This document shows, piece by piece, positions 51,761 to 63,827 of a stretch of DNA of 64,000 nt. How positions within the stretch are numbered: the stretch's first letter is position 1; each line of letters begins with the position of its first letter. Source of the stretch: Macrostomum hystrix. Taxonomy: Eukaryota > Animalia > Platyhelminthes. Location: positions 2,232,001 to 2,296,000 of the forward strand of contig CATNEN010000024.1 of assembly GCA_950097015.1 (NCBI GenBank), read 5' to 3'. Both the position numbers and the translations under genes were made by a program. The notes beneath the pieces are model-generated. The model had not been told where the DNA came from and did not search any database. It worked only from the letters and a program-made list of their open reading frames with translations.

Positions 51761-51877
51761 GTGAATGTGCATCAGCAGCCGAAGCCTCACAAGGCCAGCC
51801 TGAAGACCAAGATGAAATCAGAGTTGGGCAGATTCCAGCAGCCAGCAGCGGATGAGTGGGGAGTTCTAGGGGCCTAA
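49836..51877 (+). CDS. Candidate mucin-like terminal exon, (IPT[AV][ST]P)n plus a unique 39-aa tail; partial
   Basis: Acceptor cctatgcag| at 49836; this frame (absent from the ORF track) stays open through the array into VNVHQQPKPHKASLKTKMKSELGRFQQPAADEWGVLGA*. Upstream exons unresolved. Confidence 0.4.
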
Positions 51878-52539
51878 AGGGCAAAGTAGCTATAAAACAG
51901 GGAAGCTGCGCTGCTGTTGCGGCCAAGTTTGCGGAGTGGCAGCTCTCGCAGTTTGCTGGGATGAAGGGGATCTGCAGAGAGTGTAAGGGATAAAAATAGC
52001 CTCCCTATGCCGTGTCCCCAGCCGTTGCCCTCGGCGTTTTGAGGTCAAGAGCGGCTAGGAGTGAAGAGAGAATGAGAGAAGGAGCGAAGGGAGAGAGTCC
52101 TGTGCCGATATTTCAGCTAATTTTCCATTTCTCTCTCCAGTTCTTCGAAGCCTCGCAAGCCTACCAAACTGTTTTCTTTCTTTCTTCCGTTTGCAATAAA
52201 GTTTGGTCTAGCATCGAGGCTTTGCCTTCTACTAATAGTTCTTTAAGGTTTTCATCTTTGGGAAGCTCTAAAATTAGGAATTATAGATTCCTAATTCACT
52301 GCATTGATCTGAAGCGAGAGCTGCAAATTTTAACGGATACCACAGATACAGCAAGACACTCCACGTCTGTGTGCTTTTGCCTGTCCGTGGACACTCATGG
52401 CAGTCTTTCAAGATTACCTGTGAACCCTCGAGCTTGTTTTTGATGAGCGTCTTTAGACACCCTAGCCGGTCTTTGGACACTCCAGTCTGTCTTTGGCGTC
52501 CTTGGACAATGCAGTCTGTTTTTACACTTCAGCCTGTAT

Positions 52540-52870
52540 TTGGGAAGTGTCTCTTCAGGAAGTGTATCTTCAGGAAGCGTCTCTGGACATCTTCAGGATG
52601 TGTCTATGGACATCTTCAGGAAGTGTCTCTGGACATCTTCAGGAAGTGTCTCTGGACATCTTCAGGAAGTGTCTCTGGACATCTTCAGGAAGCGTCTATG
52701 GACATCTTCAGGATGTGTCTATTGACATCTTCAGGAAGTTTCTCTGGACATCTTCAGGAAGCGTCTCTAAACATCTTCAGGAAGTGTCTATGGACATTTT
52801 CAGGAAGTGTCTCTGGAAATATTCAGGAAGTATCTCTAGACATCTTCAGGAAATGTCTCAGGACTTCTTC
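52540..52870. repeat. Degenerate 23-bp array (GTCTCTGGACATCTTCAGGAAGT)
   Basis: Direct reading. Confidence 0.85.
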
Positions 52871-53714
52871 TGTCTCTGGGCTTTGATTCTATTCGGGAAG
52901 TGTCTAAGGACAACTGTGGGAGGTGTCTCTGGATACGCCAGCCAGTCTTGAGAAATGTCTGCGACACTCCAGCTTCCTTATCATTCAAGACTGTGGACAC
53001 TCAAAGGCGGTTAGTGATGGACTGCAAAAGTGCATATTTTCAATACCGGGAGAGTCGGTAGTAATCTCATCACAACCAGCTCTCATGCTATTCTTTAATG
53101 CTTTTAAGTTGAGAACATCCCGGATGTGGCACGAATCCTAATTCCAAATTACTATACTCTGTGGAATCGCATAGCAGCATGTAAAGATCCGTGCTTTAAT
53201 GTCAGAATTAATAGCAGTTATTAATGGGAGTTGCAGTATCTTGGCAATGCACCCGTTGCATGAGCTCTTATGGAGATGCAGGATGTCTGTCAATCCGATA
53301 GGAAGTATAGATAATCGAGTTTTTGGCTGAAATCTGAGTATGGAAAATTCCAAGATTTTGCGTTGAAAATCGATATTAATGATAAAAATGGATCCAACCT
53401 AGCTGCCACGCCAGTGTAAAATTTCCTGCTTCAAGGCAGCTGCCCTCGACATCTTGCTCGATTCTCGTCCGTGGGAATCGCTGCAGCTGCTAGTGGAGAT
53501 CTGGTGCGCCTGCCCCAGCATCTATTTTTGTAAACTGCAACAGCTCAAACAGTCCAGGGTGGGCAGTGCCAATTTTAGAAAGTACAAAACAGCTCATTTC
53601 TAGAGCCCTGTTAATTTCTGCTCCCTAAATTGGTTTCTCGATGTAACTTTCTCGAACCTTCATACGGTTCGCGAAATTCGGCCGAAAATAGGCTTTCCTC
53701 AGTTATAGTTCCCT

Positions 53715-55385
53715 GCTGCGATTCTATAGCTTTGGTCCTGCTACGATTCTAGCTGCGATTCTAAAGCTTTGGTCCTGCTACGATCCCATAGCTTTGGTCC
53801 TGCTACGATTCTAGCTGCGATTCTATAGCTTTGGTCCTGCTACGATTCTAGCTGCGATTCTAAAGCTTTGGTCCTGCTACGATCCCATAGCTTTGGTCCT
53901 GCTACGATTCTAGCTGCGATTCTATAGCTTTGGTCCTGCTACGATTCTAGCTACGATTCTATAGCTTTGGTCCTGCTACGATTCTATAGCTTTAGTCCTG
54001 CTACGATTCTATAGCTTTGGTCCTGCTACGATTCTATAGCTTTGGTCCTGCTACGATTCCATAGCTTTAGTCCTGCTACGATTCTATAGCTTTAGTCCTG
54101 CTACGATTCTATAGCTTTGGTCCTGCTACGATTCTATAGCTTTGGTCCTGCTACGATTCCATAGCTTTAGTCCTGCTACGATTCTATAGCTTTGGTCCTG
54201 CTACGATTCTATAGCTTTGGTCCTGCTACGATTCTATAGCTTTGGTCCTGCTACGATTCCATAGCTTTGGTCCTGCTACGATTCTATAGCTTTAGTCCTG
54301 CTACGATTCTATAGCTTTGGTCCTGCTACGATTCTATAGCTTTGGTCCTGCTACGATTCTATAGCTTTGGTCCTGCTACGATTCTATAGCTTTGGTCCTG
54401 CTACGATTCTATAGCTTTGGTCCTGCTACGATTCTATAGCTTTGGTCCTGCTACGATTCCATAGCTTTGGTCCTGCTACGATTCTATAGCTTTAGTCCTG
54501 CTACGATTCTATAGCTTTGGTCCTGCTACGATTCTATAGCTTTAGTCCTGCTACGATTCTATAGCTTTAGTCCTGCTACGATTCTATAGCTTTGGTCCTG
54601 CTACGATTCTATAGCTTTGGTCCTGCTACGATTCCATAGCTTTAGTCCTGCTACGATTCTATAGCTTTAGTCCTGCTACGATTCTATAGCTTTAGTCCTG
54701 CTACGATTCTATAGCTTTGGTCCTGCTACGATTCCATAGCTTTAGTCCTGCTACGATTCTATAGCTTTGGTCCTGCTACGATTCTATAGCTTTGGTCCTG
54801 CTACGATTCTATAGCTTTGGTCCTGCTACGATTCCATAGCTTTGGTCCTGCTACGATTCTATAGCTTTGGTCCTGCTACGATTCTATAGCTTTAGTCCTG
54901 CTACGATTCCATAGCTTTGGTCCTGCTACGATTCTATAGCTTTAGTCCTGCTACGATTCTATAGCTTTGGTCCTGCTACGATTCTATAGCTTTAGTCCTG
55001 CTACGATTCTATAGCTTTGGTCCTGCTACGATTCTATAGCTTTAGTCCTGCTACGATTCTATAGCTTTAGTCCTGCTACGATTCCATAGCTTTGGTCCTG
55101 CTACGATTCTATAGCTTTAGTCCTGCTACGATTCTATAGCTTTGGTCCTGCTACGATTCTATAGCTTTAGTCCTGCTACGATTCTATAGCTTTGGTCCTG
55201 CTACGATTCTATAGCTTTAGTCCTGCTACGATTCCATAGCTTTGGTCCTGCTACGATTCCATAGCTTTGGTCCTGCTACGATTCTATAGCTTTGGTCCTG
55301 CTACGATTCTATAGCTTTAGTCCTGCTACGATTCTATAGCTTTGGTCCTGCTACGACTCCATAGCTTTGGTCCTGCTGCGATTCT
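53715..55385. repeat. 25-bp minisatellite (CTATAGCTTTGGTCCTGCTACGATT), ~65 copies
   Basis: Period 25 (54121 and 54146). Confidence 0.97.
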
Positions 55386-55974
55386 GGCTGCAATTTTTGC
55401 TGCAATTATAACTACAGTCGAATTATTCCATTCCAAATTCAGAAGTTCTCAAAGCCGGTTATGTTTGTCGAGTCCTGCAACGCATTTTGCCGCCATTCCT
55501 GAAAAGCGAGGACTGAGCAATGGATTGGCACGCATAGAGTGACTTTTTGAGTCGATCGAGGCGGTCCACATAACAAACCCAATCATGAGACAAAGCATTT
55601 TAGGGAACGTAGGCGCTATTTATAGCTGTATTGTTTTGTTTTAGCAACTTGAGTTGAAGAAATTGGCTATAGTAAAAAACAATACTGGAGTTGGCTTCCC
55701 GGATGCACTTTTTCTTGCTTGCTTCTTCTCCTAGAAGAAAGAAAATTTATTGGCTAAGTGGAGACTTGAGTGGAAAAAATAAACTATAGGCGAAGTGAAG
55801 GACAATGGAATTTGGTGAGATGTTCAGTAAAACACTGTTAAACAGGTTCAAAGCAATAGGGTCCCACTCTAGCGTGGTCCTATGATCAAAGTTTGCCATG
55901 CATTAAGTCAGCGAAGTAATGCAGCGAAGCCATTTTCTATTATTTCTACTTATAGTAGAGCAAAAAAGATCCAC

Positions 55975-56075
55975 ATTGGGCCAGATGTGCAGCCGACAGT
56001 GCACAGCCGCAGCTATCTGGAGGCTGCGTACGGCTGTTCAGTCCATGGACTGGGTGGACGCCACACCTACCCTCA
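55975..56075 (-). mobile_element. SINE family B tail fragment
   Basis: Reverse complement of 23410-23525. Confidence 0.7.
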
Positions 56076-56149
56076 AATGCAGAGTAAATTGTCTTGTTCT
56101 ACCAAAGCGCCTGAGTTGCTTGTTTCAGTGACTGCAAAGAAAAGTCATG

Positions 56150-56770
56150 GATCATGGTCAACTGGGGGATCATTGTCAACTAGGGGATCATGGTCAACTG
56201 GGGGATCATTGTCAACTAGGGGATCATGGTCAACTGGGGGACCATTTTCAACTGGGGTATCATTGTCAACTGGGGGATCATGGTCAACTGGGGGACCATT
56301 TTCAACTGGGGTATCATTGTCAACTGGGGGATCATCGTCAACTGGGTGATCATTGTCAACTGGGGTATCATTGTCAACTGGGGGATCATTGTCATCTGGG
56401 GGATCATTGTCAACTAGGGGATCATGGCCAACTGGGGGATCATTGTAAACTGGGGGGATCATTGTAATCTGGGGGATCATTGTCAACTGGGGGATCATGG
56501 TCAACTGGGGGATCATGGCCAACTGGGGGACCATTGTCAACTGGGGGATCATGGTCAACTGGGGGACCATTGTCAACTGGGGGATCATTGTCAACTGGGG
56601 GATCATTGTCAACTGGGGGATCATTGTCAACTGGGTGATCATTGTCAACTGCGGTATCATGGCCAACTGGGGGATCATTGTCAACTTGGGGAACATTGTC
56701 AACTGGGGGATCATCGTCAACTGGGTGATCATTGTCAACTGGGTTATTATTGTCAACTGGGTGATCCTTG
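56150..56770. repeat. 18-bp minisatellite (GGGGATCATTGTCAACTG)
   Basis: Units of 17-19 bp shift the frame, so it is unlikely to be coding. Confidence 0.92.
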
Positions 56771-57145
56771 TAGCTTAAAAAAGCTGAAAATACAGCTGCT
56801 AAAAAGGTATATACAAGACGAATTAAAAATATTTCTGCTCCCCGAAGGGGGGCAAAACATGCTAGTCTAGTTCTAAAATGCTAGGTGAGGTTAGTTTTTT
56901 ATATAAATTAGCAATTTTTTATTATAATAAATTAGTATTTTAACAATTTACGGACTACGTGGAGCTACTCGTATTTAGTTAGCGCTCTGGATGTGCAAAG
57001 CCGCGCCTCGCATTGCCGATTCTATTTTTAGCACAAAAGGAAAGAATCTATTTTTAGAACGGTGGACGCGGGGAGGATGGGGTGGGCGGCTCAGGTTGCA
57101 GTGGAAATGCCCCGTTGGAAGCGCCAGCGTGGCACACGGACTGCT

Positions 57146-57153
57146 TATATAAA
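57146..57153 (+). promoter_or_regulatory. Putative TATA box upstream of the FBXO4-like gene
   Basis: TATATAAA 86 bp before the ATG; motif match only. Confidence 0.35.
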
Positions 57154-57231
57154 TGATATAGAATGTGCGTTTAGTTGCTGACAGGTAAAAACTCGTATAA
57201 TCCTCATAAGACTTGGCGATCAGCGCACACC

Positions 57232-58940
57232 ATGCCAGCCAGCCAATATCTGTCGCCAATAGAGCAGCTGCCAGACGAGCTTTTAGTACGTCTGTTCAGC
57301 AACCTCGGAGCGGACGATGTGCGCGCCTGCGCCTGCGCCTCGACCCGGCTGGCCCAGCTGACAGCCGATGAGCCGCTGTGGCGCCGCCTACTGAGCCGGG
57401 AGACCTGGCGCTGGTCGAGACTTTCTCACAACGCCTGCCCGCCGGAGCTTCTCACGGGGGCGTCGGCTAACGCCAGAACAGAGGAGACAGCCGAACTGCC
57501 AAGCTGTCGCAGTATCTACCTGTCTTGCCGTCCCAAGAAGCCGGTGCAAAGCAGCTGGTGAGGCTTCTACTAGCAATGTGAACACGTGATTAACTCTGCA
57601 AAGCTTAGATTAGGCTTAGGGAGGGGCAGAGCGGTTATCGCGTTTGCCTCTCGCAAAAAGCTGGTCCCTAAACTCGATTCCGCGGCGAGGCCACATCCAT
57701 TTGGGGCGCAGCCGCGGAGAGAAGGCTTGGGGGGGCTTGTCGTGTAATTTATGCCCTTGAGGGCCAACCTCCAAGGCACAGTGACACTGTGTACACTGCC
57801 TGTCGATGAGAAAGTCAGGGCAGATGAACACACCTGTGTGAGCGTGTGCCTGCGTACAGTATCTGTGTGCGTGTGTGCTCAGGAGTCAGCAGAATTGCCT
57901 CCTCGTTGGCTGCGGGTCTAGTGGCACCAAATTCTGTTCCATTGCCTAGAGCCCTCCTGCAATTATTATAATAATTGGGTTTTAACTTGAAGTTGGGTTT
58001 TAACGCAGGTCCGACGCGTGGCGCCTGCTGCGGCGCACCGCCCGCCAGCTGACCGACAGGGGCGCGGCGCCAGCGCGGATCGGCCTGGTCGGGCCGGGCA
58101 TCGAGCGCAGCGGCACTGGCAGCCAGGTATACGGCCAGGTGCAGAGCATTATGCTGCAGCCAAAGCCGGGCAGGTTGACAACCTCCGGCCTGCACGGGGT
58201 CGGATCCGGCCTGGCCTGCAGGTTGCCAGGTAGCGGCCGTTGTCTCCAACTGGTTGCTATGCACTCCGAGAGGAGAGACGTGCGCGAACGATGGCCGAGC
58301 GAGGCCGACCGTGTGCGGGCGAGCATCCTACTGGTGCCGGCCGAGGCTCCGAGCGGACCTGCTAGTCGGCGCGGAGCCGTTCTAGTTCAGAAGTATGAGG
58401 TGAGTATGGCCAGACTCAGTTGAGCCAGATGTACAGCAGTGTATTCGGTCCATCGACTGGGACTCGTGAAACCCACCAAATTTCTTAACTAAGCTAATCG
58501 GAGATTTATTAATTGGCTTAATTAGCGTCTCATTAAGGTTACGATTAGCTTGACAACAGGCTATAAAACCTTACACCATAATCATAATGCCGCTACTATC
58601 GCTGCAGACAATACCGGCTGTAGCCCGGCTGCAACTACAGGGCCTTGTCTACGTGGTGGACGGCGGCGCGCCGGCATCAGAGCTGTCCGCCTGCCGGCCT
58701 GAGCTGGACGCCTTTGTCCGTGCCATGCCCGCCGGGCGTCCGGTCCTAGTCCTGACGGTGTGCAACCCGGACCAGCGACTGCCGCTGGCCTGCCGCCAGG
58801 TGGTCGACTGTCTGCACCTGGCGGACAGCACCGGCCCGATGGCTGGACGGCCGTGGCTGGCGCAGAACTGTCAGCCAGAACAGCTGGACAGCCTGCTGCC
58901 CGAATGCCTGGACTGGCTGCTGGACAATGGCGGCATTTAG
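57232..58940 (+). CDS. FBXO4: F-box only protein 4-like, 349 aa; exons 57232-57557, 58009-58399, 58608-58940
   Basis: N-terminal F-box (IEQLPDELLVRLFSNL...EPLWRRLL). C-terminal GTPase-like domain with IGLVGPGIE, HGVGSG, GLVYVVD, GRPVLVL and PWLAQN...LDWLL. In-frame GT-AG joins (1050 nt). Confidence 0.87.
57620..57976 (+). mobile_element. SINE family A, near full length, in FBXO4 intron 1
   Basis: GGGGCAGAGCGGTT A-box, ACTCGATTCC B-box, shared body and ATT tail. Confidence 0.87.
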
Positions 58941-58997
58941 AAAACTGGATCACTGTTGTCTATCGCGTGGATGAAGGATTGATAATCCGCCCTGGAC

Positions 58998-59220
58998 TGG
59001 ATTGCTAATCCATCTCGTGAATGATGGAATAGAATGGATTGCTAATCTATCCCAATGATGAAGGAACAGAGTAGATTGCTAATCGATCCCATGGATGAAG
59101 GAATAGAATGGATTGCTAATCTATCCCATAGATAAAAGGAATAGAACGGATTGCTAATCTATCCCATTACGAAGGAATAGAATGGATTGCTAATCTATCC
59201 CATGTATGAAGCAATAGAAT
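58998..59220. repeat. Degenerate copies of the 37-bp unit found at 1471-1975
   Basis: GGAATAGAATGGATTGCTAATCTATCCCAT, about 6 copies. Confidence 0.88.
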
Positions 59221-59689
59221 TGATTCCACCGCATCATGGCTGGCCAGCAAAAATGGAAATTCAAAGTTCTTTTTTGTTACTAGCAAAGACGAAGCATGTA
59301 AATATTTTGTTTAGATCTGTTTCCGTGTTTTCTATAACCCTGTGAGTTGCTTATTTCACGAATGCGTGTCAAATAACGTAACTTTGTACTCTAAACTAGA
59401 TTTGTTTTATAAATTTCAACTTAAATAGAGAGTTGACTGTACACTCTTTCAATTAAATGGACTTAAAACTGTAATAGCAAGACGGCTTTGCATTGAGAAC
59501 TGTGAAATATTAGCAGGAGAAACTGTTATTAAGAGACATTAGAGACCAAGAATGATAAAACGAGACAGGTGTGAATTAAATTGAGAATAGTGAGAATGTT
59601 ATCAAGACTCGCCAATAGAGGGAGCCCTCATAATAGAATCCAGACAGACAACTTCAAGCCAGACACACATTTTTCAGGGCCTCCAAGTC

Positions 59690-61570
59690 AAAGTGTCACC
59701 TAGGTGACCTAGTCAAAGTGTCACCTAGTTGACCTAGTCAAAGTGTCACCTAGTTGACCTAGTCAAAGTGTCACCTAGTTGACCTAGTCAAAGTGTCACC
59801 TGGGTGACCTAGTCAAAGTGTCACCTAGGTGACCTAGTCAAAGTGTCACCTAGGTGACCTAGTCAAAGTGTCACCTAGGTGACCTAGTCAAAGTGTCACC
59901 TAGGTGACCTAGTCAAAGTGTCACCTAGGTGACCTAGTCAAAGTGTCACCTAGGTGACCTAGTCAAAGTGTCACCTAGGTGACCTAGTCAAAGTGTCACC
60001 TGGGTGACCTAGTCAAAGTGTCACCTGGGTGACCTAGTCAAAGTGTCACCTAGGTGACCTAGTCAAAGTGTCACCTGGGTGACCTAGTCAAAGTGTCACC
60101 TAGGTGACCTAGTCAAAGTGTCACCTGGGTGACCTAGTCAAAGTGTCACCTGGGTGACCTAGTCAAAGTGTCACCTAGTTGACCTAGTCAAAGTGTCACC
60201 TAGGTGACCTAGTCAAAGTGTCACCTGGGTGACCTAGTCAAAGTGTCACCTAGGTGACCTAGTCAAAGTGTCACCTAGTTGACCTAGTCAAAGTGTCACC
60301 TGGGTGACCTAGTCAAAGTGTCACCTAGGTGACCTAGTCAAAGTGTCACCTAGTTGACCTAGTCAAAGTGTCACCTGGGTGACCTAGTCAAAGTGTCACC
60401 TAGGTGACCTAGTCAAAGTGTCACCTAGGTGACCTAGTCAAAGTGTCACCTAGGTGACCTAGTCAAAGTGTCACCTAGTTGACCTAGTCAAAGTGTCACC
60501 TGGGTGACCTAGTCAAAGTGTCACCTAGGTGACCTAGTCAAAGTGTCACCTAGGTGACCTAGTCAAAGTGTCACCTAGGTGACCTAGTCAAAGTGTCACC
60601 TAGTTGACCTAGTCAAAGTGTCACCTAGTTGACCTAGTCAAAGTGTCACCTAGGTGACCTAGTCAAAGTGTCACCTAGGTGACCTAGTCAAAGTGTCACC
60701 TAGGTGACCTAGTCAAAGTGTCACCTAGGTGACCTAGTCAAAGTGTCACCTAGGTGACCTAGTCAAAGTGTCACCTAGGTGACCTAGTCAAAGTGTCACC
60801 TAGGTGACCTAGTCAAAGTGTCACCTGGGTGACCTAGTCAAAGTGTCACCTAGGTGACTTAGTCAAAGTGTCACCTAGGTGACCTAGTCAAAGTGTCACC
60901 TAGGTGACCTAGTCAAAGTGTCACCTAGGTGACCTAGTCAAAGTGTCACCTAGGTGACCTAGTCAAAGTGTCACCTAGGTGACCTAGTCAAAGTGTCACC
61001 TAGTTGACCTAGTCAAAGTGTCACCTAGTTGACCTAGTCAAAGTGTCACCTAGGTGACCTAGTCAAAGTGTCACCTGGGTGACCTAGTCAAAATGTCACC
61101 TAGGTGACCTAGTCAAAGTGTCACCTGGGTGACCTAGTCAAAGTGTCACCTGGGTGACCTAGTCAAAGTGTCACCTAGGTGACCTAGTCAAAGTGTCACC
61201 TAGGTGACCTAGTCAAAGTGTCACCTAGGTGACCTAGTCAAAGTGTCACCTAGTTGACCTAGTCAAAGTGTCACCTGGGTGACCTAGTCAAAGTGTCACC
61301 TAGGTGACCTAGTCAAAGTGTCAGTCACCTAGTTGACCTAATCAAAGTGTCAGTCACCTAGTTGACCTAATGAAAGTGTCACCTAGGTGACCTAGTCAAA
61401 GTGTCACCTAGTTGACCTAGTCAAAGTGTACCTAGTTGACCTAATCAAAGTGTCAGTCACCTAGTTGACCTAATGAAAGTGTCAGTCACCTAGTTGACCT
61501 AATGAAAGTGTCAGTCAGCTAGTTGGCCTAATCAAAGTGTCAGTCACCTAGTTGACCTAGTGGAAGTGTC
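59690..61570. repeat. 25-bp minisatellite (GACCTAGTCAAAGTGTCACCTAGGT), ~74 copies, containing a 14-bp palindrome
   Basis: Period 25 (59881 and 59906). Confidence 0.97.
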
Positions 61571-61985
61571 ATTCAAGATGCACTACCTGGAGAAAAACAT
61601 CTTAAGTTGTTTTATTTAGCTCGATTTGATCGAAAGCAAATGAAAATCTTTTCATTTTAGTTGATTCCTGTGCTTTAAGAGGGTTTGCTGAGAGTGGTGT
61701 TTTTATTCTATATTCTCTATGGCTACGCACAATAGCCATAATGGTAAAAATAATGCTTAGATTGACCCGCATTGAAAATTAAGAAACAAAAACACAATCG
61801 ATTCGATCAATACTTTTTGTCCAGTGGCGATTTTTAGCACAACCAACCGCACGGCAAGCAGCTAGCGGGCTAGACCATTCTCTATATTGAGCCTACGCGC
61901 CAGTTTGAGTGTAATGAAAGTCAATTCAACACTTGCACAGCTGGGCACAGACACCGTATTTGTCGTAGTTGATCTCGTAGTTGCG

Positions 61986-62327
61986 CTAATCAAACAGGCC
62001 GAATCCCATGTCGCCATCTTCCTCTTCAGACTCCTCCTTCTTGACCTCCTTTTTCTCTTCCTTCTTTGCCGCCGGGGCAGCGGCTGCGGCCGGGGCGGCG
62101 CCGGCGGCGGCAGCGGGCGCGGCGGCACCAGAGGGCACGCTGGCCAATTTCTTCTGACCGGAGGCGATCACCTCGTCGACTGATTTGCCCTTCATCTCGC
62201 TGATAAGCTTAGTGACTCGCTCCTCGTCGCAGTCGATGCCAACGGAGCCCAGGATCTTCTTGATGGCATCCTTAGTGGGCTCGTGGCCGCTCATGGAGGC
62301 CAGCAGGTAAGCAGCAACGTAGCGCAT
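61986..62327 (-). CDS. RPLP2: 60S acidic ribosomal protein P2, 113 aa, intronless CDS
   Basis: [10 protein letters not shown] start, Ala-rich hinge and [16 protein letters not shown] end. True ATG is at 62327, not the ORF-track start at 62405. Confidence 0.97.
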   Translation of the reverse strand: MRYVAAYLLASMSGHEPTKDAIKKILGSVGIDCDEERVTKLISEMKGKSVDEVIASGQKKLASVPSGAAAPAAAAGAAPAAAAAPAAKKEEKKEVKKEESEEEDGDMGFGLFD

Positions 62328-63128
62328 GTTTGTAGCCTGGCTGAGAACTGATGCTAAGGCACCACTACAGCTGTAACAACAGAGTGACATACTAGAAGAG
62401 TTCAAGTAATAAATAATGCTTTACTCATCTACGGAGACAAGTTTACGCCTGTGCCTAATTTAGTGACGAAATAAACATTTAAGAGAGGATAGCGCTCAGC
62501 CTATGAAATAAGGCACATTCAACATTCAACTGACAAAATCTACGTCACTGAATTCATTGGATGTAGGAACAGAAGTCAATATTAGGGCCAATGAATAAAT
62601 AAGAATAAAGGAATCAAGGAAACACCAATAATGAATAGACAACCACCCCCGATGGAGTGCTTAGCAAGAACGACAACGTGCAAGAAATGCGTAGGAATAG
62701 TCACATAATAGCAATACAACACAAGAAAACAGATCGGACTCCAGAGCTAGATATGAGGATGAATTTAAAGGGTGATCACTGCATTGACAAGACAGGGCAA
62801 TAGGCACGATGTGGACTTAGAAGGGTGTGAAAGTTGCGCAATAAGGCTAGGGTTTAAAGGCTGACTTGCAAGCAAAAAGAGGAGAATTTGGAGGGCAAGG
62901 AGCGAGGGTCAGCTAGCCAATGAAATCTAAACCTATAGAAAAGTTCCACTGTGTCGAAATTAAAATGAGCCAATGGTTATGAAGAAATCACAGAGTCCAA
63001 TGAGAGTCGCCCGGACACGTCAATGTGGGCCAGTTTGATCCATATAAATAAAAGACCCCGAGGGCTTCTGAGATGGTATAATTCACGAATCGTTCTGAAC
63101 TGAAGAAATAAAATAAGCATTAAGCAAC

Positions 63129-63827
63129 ATGAAGCAGGAGCCAGTGGATATGGACACAGACACGAACACAATTGAGCCCGACAAGGCAAAGGCAGAAGAA
63201 CGGGAATTGAGGCCAACAGAGCGAAAGACCGAGGCCCAATTGCATCAAAGTAGCAAACCAAGACGTGGTCGGCCACCTCGGCAATGCGTGGTCAATAGTT
63301 CAGCTCCGCAGCCGAAGAGAGCCGGCAGGCGTATTAGCAGCAGACTACCGGTCTATGTGGACCCGATGAGGCGAATCAAAATGCTGCAGATGCAAGTCGA
63401 AGCAGCAGTAACTTTGTCTGCCGAGGTACCTAGACAACAGCCTGATGCCCCTAGAACAACAGCACCAGAACATCGGCCTTCTGCCAGGTCAGCGCCACCA
63501 CCTAGCGAGCCAAAAACTCGTCCAGCTCTGACTCCGACTCGCCTGCGACCAATCCAGCCACGGCCTCCAGCTGCTCTTCGACAGAATTCGCCCCAGAGCC
63601 TACCATTGCCGCTGGTTTATCAGCCTCGGATTCAGCCCCGGCTGCTTAAGAACCCCCCACTGGAGCAGGTTCAGCAGCAGCTTCTGTTGCAGCAGCAGCA
63701 GCATCTTATGCAGTACACTGGACACCCTCTGCAGCAGAGCCCGGGCCAGGTGAACCCCAGTATGTTCAACATAGAAGTTCGATTGGTGCCTACAATTCTG
63801 GACTTGTCAGGGCTTAAAGACTCATAA
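63129..63827 (+). CDS. Orphan Pro/Gln-rich protein with a single AT-hook-like motif, 232 aa
   Basis: ATG-started 699-nt non-repetitive ORF preceded by an in-frame stop; contains KPRRGRPPR. No family recognised. Confidence 0.5.
   Translation: MKQEPVDMDTDTNTIEPDKAKAEERELRPTERKTEAQLHQSSKPRRGRPPRQCVVNSSAPQPKRAGRRISSRLPVYVDPMRRIKMLQMQVEAAVTLSAEVPRQQPDAPRTTAPEHRPSARSAPPPSEPKTRPALTPTRLRPIQPRPPAALRQNSPQSLPLPLVYQPRIQPRLLKNPPLEQVQQQLLLQQQQHLMQYTGHPLQQSPGQVNPSMFNIEVRLVPTILDLSGLKDS

Noticed and set aside
53400-53540. GC-rich island that could be a minus-strand exon
   Set aside because: No recognisable translation, and it could not be linked to other exons.
3593-56870. Long ORFs such as GKAVR, CRECREL, SHLSRVSS, LQSVPF, CRNGTD, NSEF and GDHCQL repeats
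   Set aside because: They are translations of tandem arrays, open in several frames or on both strands and often intronic; only the IPT frame at 49836 has splice and tail support.
1471-61570. CRISPR-like appearance of 25-37-bp repeats
   Set aside because: Units are directly adjacent with no unique spacers, there are no cas genes and the context is eukaryotic.
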